A stretch of 64,000 nucleotides of DNA from Candidatus Omnitrophota bacterium. Lineage in GTDB: Bacteria > Omnitrophota > Gorgyraeia > Zapsychrales > JAKLDJ01. Below the pieces are notes generated by a model. The model saw only the letters and a list, made by a program, of their open reading frames with translations, was not told the origin of the DNA and made no database searches. This document shows positions 42,401 through 57,400 of this stretch, piece by piece; the stretch's first letter is position 1; the number at the start of each line of letters is the position of its first letter. The position numbers and the translations under genes were made by a program. The stretch is taken from positions 246,891 to 310,890 of the forward strand of contig JAKLDJ010000001.1 of the NCBI GenBank assembly GCA_022703585.1, written 5' to 3'.

Positions 42401-45400
42401 TCCGGGCGGTTTTTTCAGAACAAACAGCCTCTAATTCTTTCCTGACCCGCTCCAGCAGTTGTTCAGGCGTGCTAAATTGTTTTTTAAGTCTTTCATGCCG
42501 CACCGAATCCTCTCTCATCGTCTTATAGTATTCTTTGAAATATTCTTCAAGGATATCGTGACCCAGCGCCCAGGCGTCAACAATAGCCCTCATCCCGTCC
42601 TTGTTTTTGACCCTGGTATCATTTTTAATAAGCCGGCCGACATCAAACGCATTAAGTAGAATATACAGCACGCTGACCGGATGAAATATATAGGGCTCGC
42701 CGTTATCCCGTTTTAACCCTGAGTGAACGGTACGCGCGATCCTGAACATGGCCCCGGGAACTTTAAGATTAACATGAGGCCAGGTTTTCTTAAGGACATA
42801 GCGATAATGCGCATACTTTTCATTAATAAAACGACGGCTATAGCGTGCCGAATTTTTCTGCCATAAAGAAACCCTGCCAAACACCTGTAAACCCGCGTGG
42901 TACGTCTGCACCCTGGTTTCAACCAAGGGGCCGCTTAAAATGCGGGTCATCAGCCATGAATCAACCCCTTTCTCCGAGGTGCCTTCAAGTATTCCGCCTT
43001 CCTTTAAAAGATCAATGTAAATACCAAAAATGAAGTTGGCAACGAGCGGCCCGTTTGCCCCCGCTTTTAACTCATGCTGATATTCCGATAGGACATAGGT
43101 AATCCAGTCAAATTTATCTTTTTCATTGGTTATTTTCAATTCAGTTAAGGGTGTATCCAGAATATGAATATGCGCTTGTATTTCGGGCTTTAATTGAAGT
43201 TTCCCAGAATCAGTAATATCAAACAAGTTTTTAAGGCGCCTATCACCCTCATCCGTTAACGGCCTATCCTTACCCGTAACCCAATGAGCAGCGTAGGGGT
43301 TTTTAAATCCACGATTGACCGCGTTTTGGTCCGGGGCGGTGACGTACATCTCAAAGGGTAAGCGGGCTTCCCAGAGCAAGGCCGCCAGACGTTGGGCTCC
43401 AAAAATATGGTATCCGTCCAGATAGCGCGCGCCGCTGTCAACGAGAATCTTTAATGTCTTCTGGCCGTTTTTCCTGGTCTCGAGCCATTGTTGCACCATA
43501 GGAATAGTCACCTTACGGCGGTGCTGATAAACACCATCTTTCCGGTTCAAGAAGTACGGTGCCTTGACGGTTTTACGGCTATAGCGGTAAACCTTGAGGC
43601 GGAAAATAAGATTTCTTACCTTTTGTTGATGGTCTAAAATCCGTTCGCGTACCAACTCAGCGTTTCTCATTGTGTTAAACGGATGGGAATCCAGGAGCCT
43701 TACCGCGAACGATTCCATCATAGTCACAACAGCAAGTACCGTCACCACGAACGGAAATACGAACACGTGCACGCCGTCTGTTTCTTCGGGTGACACGGAG
43801 GCAGCTGATGTCGTTTCCTTTGTTATCGCTATCCGTTCGTGATCGAGCTTATTCGGCATAAATGTCGATTCAATAATGACCGGTTTGGGAAGCTCACCTA
43901 TGCCTGCGTCGATCCACATAAGATCAAAGCAGCCTTTGACTTCCAAGTCAACAATGATGCCGGATGCCTGAAGCCTCCTGGCCAGATATCGAAATCCCTC
44001 CGATAATACCCTGTCCACGCCCTCCACAAACTCGTCCGCGCGTTCCGGCGGGACAAGGCCTTGCCAGAAAGGATCAAAGACATGCGGCCACTCTAAAAAT
44101 CCGGAACGATTCCTCCCCGTGATATTGGCAAAAAAGGCGGAGCTGCCGATCTTGGCCTCCCATCTGTTCTTGAGCAGGACGGCATCGCCTGTTAATAAAT
44201 TGCCGGACATGTGATGACGGGTTTCAAGGGCCCTGCCGTTGTACCTTATGGTGCGGACAATCAGCTCTATCATGCCGGGGTTATATAAAGAACGTGGGGT
44301 ACCTGGCGCCACTGAAATCAAAGCGTGCAGCGCATTTAATACACCCGCCACATTCACCTTATCGGCATCGATATTGATTTGAATAATATCTTGTTCCTTG
44401 TTAACCACTATCTTTGATTTATTAACCCCCAGTTTCTTTGCCAATTGCGGCATCGTAAGTCCGCTGAAACTCTCCGGCTGAGGATTAAGCGCCATGGTAA
44501 CCCTCCAGGCGCGGTTTCCTTCTTTTTCTAAGAAAAAGACTCCTCTTCCCATGCCTCCGGTGTTTGGCTTATAGACAATCGCCGACGCCATCCTACCACC
44601 CAGTATCTTTTCGATGGCCTGATCAAAATCAATGACATCGTCGGGATTGATAAACTCTTTCCCGGGAGTCCAGTCTTGGATCTCAAGGCCTAATTCTTGC
44701 AGTTGGCGCAAAACCTGCGGTCTATTCAGGAGGAAAAACGGCTGGGGCTGGCTGATCGGACCGTTTCTTAAAAGATGGCGCATGACATACTTTTGCCCGA
44801 GCATAAGACCCAGCTCGCCTCTGGTTAATAACGTTTGAGAAGTTAACAGCGGAAATGGATTTTCAACCCTCTCATCCGCCACTGACCCGTACGCGATGGA
44901 TACCGCCAGCATCCAGATCAATCCCAACATCTCCATCCCCGGCAAGCCGGCGAAGGCAAAAACCGCTTCTGGCAAGGATTCTTCAACGCGCTTGGAAACG
45001 ATTTGCGCCTTGCCGAAGAGTTCGGCAAATTGAATGCTGGCGTTCACCGGGCCGAACTTCGCCTCTTCGCCAAATAGATCGGTCGGCAGGAATCCTTCCG
45101 CCTTGATCTCCCGGCCTAAGAATAACGAAGCAGGAACCCATTTCATATCGTCGTTTTCTGCGGGATTTAGCTTAAGGCCTTCGACATCCTTTTTAACAAC
45201 AAAAAAGATGATCGGCGAAACGACGCCTTGGCTATCGGCGGTCAAGTATTTCCCCAGGCGTCCAAGCACATGGCCGGCAGTGAGCGATAGGCTTAATTCT
45301 TCGTTCAGGCCGCGCAAAATAGCCTCAAGCGGTTTCTCCAGGGCGTTTTCTTGCCCGTTTTCTTCTCTTGTTTCCGACGGGAAAACCCAGTACGCGCCGT

Positions 45401-48400
45401 AACGGCGGGCATCGCTTCGCCTGCGCACCAGCAGGACCTGCCATTCGCCATGATGACGGTGAAGTAGGATAGCCGAAGAGGCCTTGATGGTCGCGTTTTC
45501 CTCTCCTTCGATCGGCGTAATAACGGGCAGGCTCAAAAGAAGCCTGCGCAATTCCTCTAAGAGCGATTTTTGAATGGCCTCTTCTCTGCTCTGGGCCATC
45601 GCAAGGAACTCTCTGGAACATCGGCTCATTTCCGCGAGGAATCTTTCAAAACCCTGATCCGAAATCCCGAGCTTTAATTTCAATTCCTTAAGCGATTTGA
45701 TTTCTTTAGATTTAAAATTTTTAAAGACTTCTGACTTTTCAGCATCCCATGTCAACCCGGCCGTAGCTAACGCCCTGGCCTGGGTAACGGCAGAGGAATG
45801 TCTCAGCATATCGCTGTCTGCCGCTTCTTGTATCATGGGCAGAGATTCTTCATAACACCTTCGCATCCCTGCGAGGAATCCGGTAAAGTCTTCATCCGAA
45901 AGCCCGGGCTTAACAGACCTGAATATCCGGAGCACTTCTTCGAGCGAGCGAGCATCTTCAAGAGCCTTTGCTATTGCCGGAGTGTTCGGAACCCGGATTG
46001 ATCTCAAATTATGCATCCGGGCCATAATAGTCGAGTTTCTCAGAGCCTTTAATGTCATTTTCTCATCCGCCGCATCGGACGAGGCATCATCGGCCTGGGT
46101 TACCATCCCCAGCCCTGTTAGAAATACAGCCATTGAAAAATGTGACAGCATTTCTAACGGGGCTAGCGCCGCACAGAGTAAAGGCAGCGCTTCCCCGCCC
46201 AGCAAAATAAATAAGGACTCGACCGCCGGCAGGGCAAAGGCAGCTAAATGCTCGCCGATTTCGCTAAATTCGCCATGTTCAATGATTCTTATAAAATCCG
46301 TAAAGCTAACATTCGAGGCAACATCCGGGTTTTCCACCACATAAATCCCCGTGCCCCAACGCTCGACACCGTCAAATTCTCCGTCAACGATGATTTTGAG
46401 ACCAGGCAAGAAAAAGATCCGCTCATGGAACACCGGGAGACCGCGCAGGATCGCATCGACGGGTTCAATGACATAGCGCGTTTGCGGCTTTGCCAAAAGA
46501 CCAAGAATATTTGTCGGCTGCAGATAGGCGCTTAAGACAGCGGAGAAACTATCCGGGCGGAAGAAACGGGATGCTAACTTTGTTCTTAAGATCGCCTGGC
46601 TTAAGATCCCGCGCACAGCCAGGTCCTGGGCATACATGACATACCGGTGTAATATATAATCAGCCTTCCTGCTCTTGCCGATCCCTTTATAGACTTTTCT
46701 TAGTTGGAGCGTATCGAGCGCATTGACCCGTACCGCCGTCATCAAGGCGTCGATGCCCTGTTTTCGATATTGACGGTTGGCATCTTTGAATTTCCTGTTA
46801 GCTGTCTCGACAAAATTATCCATGATATCTATGCCGATCAAGCGGATCTTCCAGTACTCGGATTTTTTCCTGCCTGCGACATCTTTTATGGCCTGAGCGG
46901 CAAAGGCCATCATTTCAATAGCCTCGTTGGGCGAGATCCCGAGGCCGATGGTATAGATCATTAAGCGACGGTTTCCGGCCGCCTCTTTAGTTCGGACAAC
47001 TCTTTCCAGGTCTTCCTTGATAAGAAATGCCTGGCGTTCGAGGTCGCCTCTGAAACCTTCAGCCTGGCCAAAAAGAGAAAGAAGATACGGTGTCTTTTGG
47101 ATGGCATCGACAACATCGGCTTCGGAATATCCCAGCGCCAGCAATTCATCTAATAGGCTCGGGGGGATTCGGATAATATCATTTGTGATTTTCGCATGGC
47201 TGTGACCGACCGGGACGATAACACACATCTCTTCTCCGGCATCTTCTCTAACTGCCGCCATCGTGACAAAGATCCACAACGGTAACAACGGTAGGACAAA
47301 CGCCCCGACATTATCACCCTCCGTCGACGACGCCCTTTGTTCGGGCATCAGACGGACCGTGCCTGACTTAAAGGGCACGGCGGGATTTTCGGAATTAGAA
47401 AATTCTCTTTGCAGAAGAACTTCATAGCCAAGACCGGCCGTTTCAAACAGCTTTTCCCAAATTTGGAATCTGTTAAAATAAACCGCAAACACGGCAAATC
47501 CTGCCGGCGTCAAATGGCCGGGAAGGCTTTTTAAAATCTCCTGCAGGCGGTCAGTATTGATGTGGTACCTTAAGTCAAATAAAGATTTTCTTGCCGGTTC
47601 GGGCGCATTCCAGAGAATGACATCGTATTGCCCCAGGCCTTCTAATCCGTTGTGGATAAAAGTATTGGTTCCTGTTGTAAAATTGTTGAGGTGCAGGTTA
47701 TCACGTGTCAGCCAAACAGCGTCTCCGTTAATATCAATCGCGTCAACGTGATTGGATTTTATCCGCGCGGCGATCACATCAATACCGTTGCCGCATCCGA
47801 TAACAAGCACTTTGTCATCGGATTTGAGCAAATCATACGCCTCTATTGTCCTTGTAATGCGCAGCGACTCGAACCCGCGGGCGGTGTCTTCGTTAGTGAA
47901 CGTCGTATAAACAGTGGGCCGCTGGATTAAAGAATACGGCCTGCCGAAGATAGTGATGGTTACCGCGCCGCCTCTCTTTTCGGACGCACCCGGATACCCG
48001 TCCGATACCAGAGCCAATACTGTCTGCCCGAGCACCAAAAACGCCGCGGAGAAATCCGGAAGGAAGGCGTAGGCGCGGTCGGCCTCTGCCGACGCTAGGA
48101 CGGTCTGTGTTTTTTCATGCGCCAAGACAAGAATCATTAAAAGGGCTGCTGCGGTTATCGTTCCCCCCAGTCCGTCCCACCAAAGGTGGGACGAGATCTC
48201 GCCGGAAAGCAAGGAATTTCCCCCACCAGCCACGGAGAGGTTGAAAATTCCTTGTTGATGCTTTCCGACGGACCACGGAGAGGTTGACGATATAAAGGAC
48301 GTGAGTCCTTCCCGCAGCAGCCCGAAATCTATCGCTAACGGTAATCCCAAGCTTGCCTGCAAAGCGCCATCAGTGTTATTTCCATTTCCCTGACCCATCG

Positions 48401-51400
48401 TCCGCATAGCATTTAAGGTCGTAACCATGCAGGATGCCTGTCTCATTACTTCTTGCAAGGGAGACCAAACATCAGAGTCTTCAAAGTTTTCGATGTAACG
48501 AGAGGCAAAATCGAAAAGCGCCAGGTAATATTTCTCTGCGATGTCAAATTGTCTTTGTTCCAGGGCATTCCGGGCTTCGGCGACAAGGTTTTCACTTATT
48601 TGTTCGGCAAGGATTTCGACTTGGTCGTCCCGAGTCGTCCACAACAAAGACTCAACCTCGTCCATTTTCTCTGTAAAGAGAAAAGCAAAGATCAAGAGCA
48701 TGCGTCTCCTGAGATCCGCCGTAAAGGAGACAGTCTTAGTAACTTCTGCGGCCTCTTCCTCCATCAGGTGAATAACCTCGTCATAATCGCCGTTGAACAA
48801 TAAGACCTCCGCAATATCGTAACGGTTCGAGAGGCTTAATAATTTGGTGCCATCCTTCGCCTCCTTCAAACTGCCATATAATCGTTGGATATCTCTTAAT
48901 AATTCTCTGCTTTCCGGTGAATAGAGCGGCATCTGACCTAGGCGGAGGTAATTAATTAATATCCTTATCTCTTGCACGATGGCGATCGGCGAAGGAACGA
49001 GGGCGTGTAATTTTTCTTCAGGTCCGTCGGGTAAATACCCGGCGACGGAAGGCGCTTGAAGCAGAAGCTTCAATCCTACCTCTTCCCTGGACCAGGTAGA
49101 GTCGTTAGCTCTTTCTGCGCTAAAAGCAAAATCGTCGTAATACTTGTTGAGGCCAACCCCTTCAACCTTTTCCTGGGCAGATCTTCTGTGAAGCATAAGA
49201 TAGAAAGAAACCTTTTGGTCGTTGGTGAATTTAATGGTCACCAGATACACCTGTCTCGGGCGAATCATAATCCGGCTATGCAATTCCTGATGCTGGCGCA
49301 TATTGTGGTACATGGGCCACCAGCTTTTTGGATCAGGGAATTTTTCCATGAATCGTCCAACCGTCATGCCGAAATGCTTGGCCAATATCCCGGGAAGTTT
49401 ATTCTGCGCCGGCATCCAGTAGTTCTTCTTGCCGCGCTCACGGGTTGTCAGCTCAAGGAGGCTAAGGGCAAGGAAGGAATCGTCATTAGAGCCATCGCCC
49501 ACATACTCAGCTCTGAAATAGTCCGTATTCTTAAAATCGGTGGGAAGTTTCCCTTCTTCAATCAATTGCGCGATAAATTCCCTGGCGCGGTTCGGGACAT
49601 TGCCTGCGAACCAGAACCGGACGCTGCGGATCAGCCCATAGAGAATGTACGATTGCTTCTGGTCTAATTGATATTTCTTAATGACCTTTTGGATCGCGTT
49701 TGATTGTTGTGGGCGTGAGAAGGTATCAAAATCAGGATAGATTGAAAGGAGTTTCTGGGTGAGATGCTGGTACTGCCGGGGCAAAACAGCAAGAGCGACA
49801 AGCTCGACCGGAGGCGCGCGCAGGCCGGCATTATTATAGATCTCGTGGAATTTCTTAACCCGCTCCTCGAGCGGAATAAGACGATATTGCTCTCCTAAGC
49901 TTTCCTTCCACAGGCGGTATTGTAAAACGGTTGTTTTGGCGAGATCCTTGAGACGAGACGGGGTAGGCCGCTCTGCGGGTTCAGGGGTCATCACGGCGAC
50001 AACGCGTCTTTCCTGGTCATCTTTAAATCCTAAGACGTCATTGAGGCGCTTTTCTAAAAGCCGTTTGGCGCGACGAAGTTCCGTCAGGGCTTTTCGTATG
50101 CCGGTTTTAGTATTGAGATCAAAGTATTCATCGGCATCTTCAATATGGCCCCTCGCCGTGATTTTCTCCGGTGCTGTGACCCGCCCTAAGGAATCCATGA
50201 GTTCTGTCAATTTCAGCGAGATGGCCCGGTAATCAAAAGAAGCGCCCCCTTGCACTTCTTTAAGGACTTCAATGAGGTCGAGAATGGTTGAGATTTGTTC
50301 CTTCAGAGTTGTTGCTTCCCCTTCCCTGCTTTCCAGGACATGAACAACCTGCCGGTCACGCGCGGGAAGGGCGGCAATCTGCTCGGGAGTAATAAATAAC
50401 GTGCCCTGGATCGTGCGGAGAGGTTTCCGTTTTTCCTGCCTGATAGCGCCCAGCAATGCCGCAAAGACAAATAATTCCATCCCCGGCATAACAGCAGATA
50501 ACCCGCCGTCGTTTCCTTCAGAAGGATTCTGCTGGGCATCTTGCTCTAATGCAGCATCGATCGCAAGGATCAAAGAGGCCGTACCTTTAAGCTCTTTTAC
50601 TTCAATCGGTCGTTCGACGTGTGCGACATGATACCCGTTAGCCTGTATCACTCCTAGCAGGTCGCCGCCAACCAGCTCGGTAAAGAGCACTTCTCTTGCG
50701 TCGGGAGCTGTCTCTGCCCTAATATATACGGGCATCGTGTTTTGCGATATGCCCTGCATCGCCTCTAATCTAAAAATATGATTGAATGTCGCGATCGGCT
50801 GTCGCTCAAAATTAATTGCTCCCAACAACTGCCCCATCGCAAGTTTTTCTATAAATACCAGGCGTCCGGTTACATTATTGTAGAGAACCGTGCCGCCCTT
50901 AATGATAAATTTAGGGTCCTGTTTGCCATATTCGGCAGCGGCAGCAATAGCGCCACTCTCCAGATTAGAATACACAGCAGCGGCGAATTCCGAATGCCAT
51001 GGATCATCGCCCCAAGAACGAAGGTCGCCAATGGTGTTCTGCATGACATATCTGGCGCCACGCATCCGAGCATATTCCAGCGATGACATGGTGAGCTTCT
51101 GAAGAGTCCCATTAGCATTGATCGCATACCCTTTTGAGGGTAAGGAGGCTTCAACCAACGGGACACCGTTACCACCGGCTTTTTCTAAACCTTCTGCGAT
51201 ACCCACCGCGGTGTCTTCGACCGTGAACATCGGATTCTTAACCTGCGGCTGAATGACGAATCCTTCTCTGTCGAAACCAAAGTAATTCTTTTCTCCAAGT
51301 GACGCAGCAATCGCCTCTTTATCATCAGGGCCACAGCATAAAATAAATGTTTGTTTCCCAAGGGCATCCCGCGGCAAGGCGCGTGCTTTTTGAATAAGGA

Positions 51401-54400
51401 TGCGATCAAGAATGGTGCGCTCGGTCAACTGATTTCTGCGATCTCTGAGCCTTAATATTTCCGACATTTGCGCCTCGGTCATCTCGCCTTTTTCCAGGGC
51501 TTTGTCAAATGCACCAACAAGGCTATCGTGTGATTCGGGCGCAAGTAATTCTTTCAAATTAAGAAGCGCCTTGGGCTTACCCAATCCGAGGCGCCTGGCA
51601 TCACCGGCAGCAGGAATCAATACCGCCCATTCGCCGCGTATCAAAGAATGACGGTAAGCGCACCGCGTTTCTTCGGATGCGCGTTGCCGGACAATACGTT
51701 GATCACCATCGGTGCCCTCAAGTGCTACTAAATTGTCAGCCTGTGCATGCGTATTAACAGAATCAAGCACTTCAAAGATTCTTCTTCCATGGCGCCTGAC
51801 AAGAGGTTCTAAGATACGGCGCGTGGCGGCAACCCACATTTCACCGTCGGTGTAATCGTTCGTTGCAATAACCGGGCTATTTAAAGCGTTCGCAAAACTC
51901 TGCTCGCCTCGACCCGCCCTAATCGCCTCCACGACATCTAATCCTTTGCCGTAGGCATTGGCATTAATCCATTTGTTATAAAGGCTTCTTTGTCCGGCCA
52001 CGGTAATGCCTCCGGAAAGCAGGCGCCCAGCCAAAGGTCTTAATATTTTCTGCTCGTCTCCCTTGTAGAACATAAGAACATTCATGATAACAACAACAGA
52101 AATATCCTTAATACGCGCAGGAAGGTTCTTCAAATCGGATTCGACAAATTCCAGATTTTCCTGCTGTAGTTCCTGATAAGGGTCAAGTACTAAGGTTCCT
52201 CTCCCATCTTCATAGTGCTTTTGACCGGCAGCACTTTGCATCAAGGCATTCTTTAACTCATTCATTTCATGAACAAGGGACCTCTCGCGCTCCAGCTCCC
52301 GGTCGCACAATTCAGATTGCCCGGAAGCAATAGCCTCTTCTTCAGGAAGCTGGATAATGACAAGCCGGCCTTGCTGGTCATAGATCCCGCGATAGCCGCT
52401 TCGGCTGCATCTGATGATGGCAGAGGGAACGATGCGGTCTACGCCGATAACCCGAATTCTCGGATTAAGTTCAAAAAGTTTCTTGGCTAACCGGACAGTG
52501 GCGTACGGGAACAGGCCCATGCCAAAATCCAGCACAAGATGCTCGCCTTGCGACAAGTCCACATGTCTTTGCTGCAAAAGATATTGAGCGAGCATATCAT
52601 CATCGGGATCAATATCTCGTAACGGAGAAATCATCCATTCCGTCTTTTCTTCTATCGGCTCTTCAGTAGAGAAGAATTCGGGGAAGGTATTCGCAAACGA
52701 CTGATTGATTTGTTGGGTTTCATCCGGCACGGCGGCAAGGGCTACGGTATGCAGTTTTTCCAAAAGTTCACGCTTCTGGCCTTCCAGGCTTTCATCTTTT
52801 TCCCTCCCGCTGGAAACATCTTTTGTGCCGACTCGAACGTCCTGACCGTATTCAGCGATAGCCTTAAGATAATACCCGTTAACCACATTGCGCCACACGG
52901 AGAGCGCATAGGGATTGCGGATACCCCATCGCACTTCATAACGCCTGAGTTCTTTTAAAATAATCCGTACGAGCTCGCTAACGGAAGATGAGGCGATGAT
53001 CTTTTTCCCTCCAATCAGGGCAGCCGTGCGCCCAAGAACCGTCGGGTCACCGCACATCTTGGTGGCGATCATCACGCCATAGCAATGGGTCTTCTGAAGC
53101 ATCTCTTGCGCATCTTCCGGCGAGAAAACTTCCCCATTGCCGAAAATGGGCACCGACGGATATGCCGCCTGAATATCCTTTAACAAATCCCATTTTGCCC
53201 GGGCCGTACCATCTATAAAACCATCCCGTCTCGTCCGCGTATGCAGGACAATCCAGTCGGCACCGGCATCAATAAGCCGGCCGATAAACTCTTTCGTGCC
53301 GACACTGTCCGGTACCAAAACAATCTTGTCGCCACGCACTTCTTGTTTCTCGGCAATGCGTGTTTTAACACTAACCGGTAGATCCGTGACGCGTTTGACC
53401 GCACGCACAATCTCACAGGCCAACTCAGGCTTGTTGATAAGCGAAGAGCCTCCGCCCTGGTCGGCGAGCGGCCCGGAGCCCATATTAATATCGATAGCCG
53501 AGACGCCTATCTGAGACGCTACGGCGGCGGCCTTTGCGTACAAGAGCGCAATCCCCTCGTCTGTTGAGAAGATACGCTCACGATGCAAGTGCGTGGGCAA
53601 GTCATGCGGCCCGGCAAGCTGCATGACGACATACTGTTCTCTCGAGGAGATATCCATGCGCGGCAATCCGCCTCTGTACTCCGTGTCGATAAAATAAATG
53701 GCATTGGATTCGTGTTCACGCGTAAAGATATTGCCGATACGCACCAAGTCGGAGTAACATAACACATCGTCGCCAAATTCTTCTTCGATCGTCACGCGTT
53801 TGGGATACTGGGTGACGATATCGATGGGGCCCGCCAGCACACGCGGCAACCTCGCAAGGTCGAGCCGTTTGGCTCTCACGTCAAGCTTCGTAACAGTATC
53901 CGCTGCGCTAACCGGATCTGTCTGCAGCTGATAAACCCATCTCTCATCGGTAAAATGAGTGATCTCCGGTCTTCTGGCACTGACGCTAAACACGCGCGTC
54001 AGCTGCATCACAGACGCCGGATTATCGACACTCACAATAATTTCTTTCTCTTTCTTGCGATAAACCGCAGGATAAACGGATTTCACGTCACCCAAACCAT
54101 TATCAAAGCGTTTGATTACTTCCACGAAGAGGTGCCCGGAAGACTTCCGGAGGTTTTGAATAGCTCCTAAGCGAGACCACGTGAGGTAGCCCCTCGGGAT
54201 AATGACATCAACAACATCGTTTCCTTCGGAGAACTCCTGAATATTCCGTTGGCCGAGAACAACTGTTTCCCGCGTAAGCCGTTTTTCCGCCTCGGTGAGA
54301 ATACGGCTCTCCGGGCCTGTACGGATGAGATTACCCAAGTGAGAACGGATAAGATCCGGAATTTTTGTCGCTAAATCAGGCCAACGAGCCGTCTTGTCCG

Positions 54401-57400
54401 CCATGGAGGGAATGCCATAGTCCACTTTAACAGTCACAATTAACTTTTCAGGTGTCACGCGAACCTCAACAAAACGTATGGGTGTACGGTACACATAGGT
54501 AACCTCATTGCCATCACCACTGGGCCCTATTAGTTCGACGGCTGATTCCTTAAGGCCAACATATGCCTTGGAGGCATTAGCGATACCCTGTTCAAATAAT
54601 CCGCGCTGCTCCTTATCAAGCTCTTGGAGTGTCCGGCAATTTTCAATGGTAAATTCAACAGTGGTCGTCTCCCAGTCATACGGTCCGAACAATTGATAGA
54701 CCGGCCATCCTAAGGTGTAATCGGAAGACATAAAGCACCCGACCTCAAAGACTCCTTCGTCGCGTACCGCCAGCTTCTGCCTACGGTTCTTATGGGAGTG
54801 GATGCTAAAGACAACCGTTTCTCTTTCTTTACGCTTGAGAGGCAGGCCGTAGGGCGGGGGATTTAAGTCACGCAAACCAACTGCCTCGCCATACCACATT
54901 TCGCCAATCAAAACTAACGCATCAAACTTTCGGCGCACGCTCGTCTCTAAATCTTGGTACGAGTCGGCTGTTTTGATGGCCAGCTGTTGCTTACGATAAT
55001 AATCACCGAGGGTACGTGCCTTTTCACCGAATTTCTCCTTTATAATGCCGTCGAAATACGGCACCAGGAACTGCACATCCATATCGGTGGCGTCACTGCG
55101 CAGCGTCGGCTCGCTCTTGGCAAAAAGTGTCACCTGAAAACCTAATTCCAAAAGAAGATATGTCTTCCAGAGCACCATCAGAAGTTCGATACCGACATTG
55201 TCGGTCGCAATCGCAACGGCTGCCTGGCCTTTTTGCTGGACGCGCTTTAGAACGGCCAAAAATTCATCGCGATGGTCGACAGCGCTTTCTTCTTTGCCCT
55301 TAATGCCCGCGCCGCGACTGAGATCGTCAGAAATATTTCCGGCGGCAACAGCTTCAAACGAATCGCGATACAGGCTCCAAAGATCCTGGGGCAATGCCGA
55401 CGGCATCGTTTTTATAAATCGCGAGAAAGCCTCTAATCCGTTTTTCAGAAAGGTTCTCTTGTCGCGCGCGTATTGATCACCTCTTAAATACGCCCGGTCA
55501 CGATCTCTCGGGAAATCTTCTATGCCCTTCGTCCCTCCGATAGTTAACGGTCTCTTTTCTTTGAGGGCCTTCCATCCCCAAACGAGATTGCCCAGATGAT
55601 CGAGCATGCGATACAACTCCGTTTGCTCATCTAAGGCAACCCTGCCGAAATTCCAATCGCTCTCGTCGATACGGTCGGGATTATATTTCGCAAGAAACTT
55701 ATCAAGAAAGTCTCTTGTCTCGCCTGATAGATCGACATCTTTGTCAGCCCGCAAATCTCGGGCATAGCTGACAGCATCATACAGGCGATACATATATTGG
55801 GAAAACTTAATCAGATGGTGGTAGGTACGCAAAAGTGCCCCTGACAGCTGATCATCTTCGCGCCGTTCTCTTTTTTGTTTCAAGCTGTCCAATCGATGCC
55901 GAGTCTCTTGCAATTTCTGCTCAAGCCGTATTTCTTCTTTGCGGCGCGCCTCGATCACGTTTGGATCTTCTTCAATGATCTTGCGGCGTTCATATTCAAA
56001 AGGCCAATATTTTTTGAGTACATCAGCCGGATTAATCTTCATCGCAACACCCTGCTCGCGCAAAAATGCAATGGCCACCTCGATCGGAAATCCGACGATG
56101 GTCAGAGGATTACCCTCAACACGATCAACGGTCAAGAAGAAGTCTCTATCCTGAATACCGAATCCACCCGCCTTGCCGTAAAATCTTCCGGCCTGTACAT
56201 AGCGCTGCAACACATCCTGGACAGAAACGCTATCTGCGAGCGTTCGATAAGAGGCAAGGTGTCCGTATCCGTCTTCTCCGGCGAGGCTTTTGAGGATGGC
56301 AAGCTCTTGTTCGCGTAAAAGCTCATCGGCTGCTTTCATGTGCAAGTAGGTCAGCCCGTATCCGAGTCTAACCGTAGCCTCCGCGGTATTGATGATTGCG
56401 ATACCCGTAACGGCCTCGATGCTCTTGCCGCAGAGAGCTTTCAGAATTTCAAGGGGTTTGTTTTTCTGGTGCAGTTTCCCGATAACATTGCCGTCGACGA
56501 GCATTGTCGTATCGCTTGCAATGATGATACCCTGATGCTCGCGGGCAACAGCCCATGCCTTTTGGAGAGCAACGGTCATCATCGCGCTCTTATAGGAGGC
56601 ATCTGTCGGAAGATATTCTTCAATCTCAGCGGGAATAACGCGGTAGTTATCCTTCAATAATAAATCCAGAATCTCTTTTCTGCGCGGCGATTGAGAAGCC
56701 AAAATGACACCGTCACTTTCTGTCTCGCTGACACCGATTCGGCGCAAAATGATACCGAGCGCTTTTTGTGCGCGTTCTCTGTCTTTATCAAGCATCCGGG
56801 CAATCAGGGTCCATGCTTCTTTTTTGTCTTTTGTCAGAGCAGAAAGAACAGTTTCTGCATCAGCCGACGCGTCCTCTTCGGTTGTCATGCCAAGGAAAAT
56901 TGCGAGTACGAAAACAGGCGGCATAAACAGCATAAAGGCCCTCAAAGTACCGTCGGGGCCATTGTCTTCAAGGCTATCCGGACGGTACAGCGCAAATGCC
57001 GCTGCCAAATAATCATCCAGTTCATACAGCGAGGTGTCGCGGCGTTTCACAATGGCCGAAAAGGCTTCAATAATACCAAAGATGTCTGACGGGTAACCAA
57101 AAAGCCTGACATATTCCCGGGTATGGTCGGCAAGCTTGACCGGGCCCAGAGAATAAATCTTCCTTAATAAAGACTCCTGCGGCTTAGGCAAGGACATGAC
57201 TTGTACGATCGCCGTAACCCAGATATTGAGTTTCCCAAAATGTCTTTCCTCTTCGCTGAGGCCCTGGATTTTATCGATTGCCCTGATTTCCGCCAAAATT
57301 TTATTAACCTGGCGGCGCAGTCTTTGGGAGGCCGCTGATTCACCCTCCGCCGTCATGGCGGTGAGAATAGGCAATAGGGAGAATGCGAGCGGCGCGATAA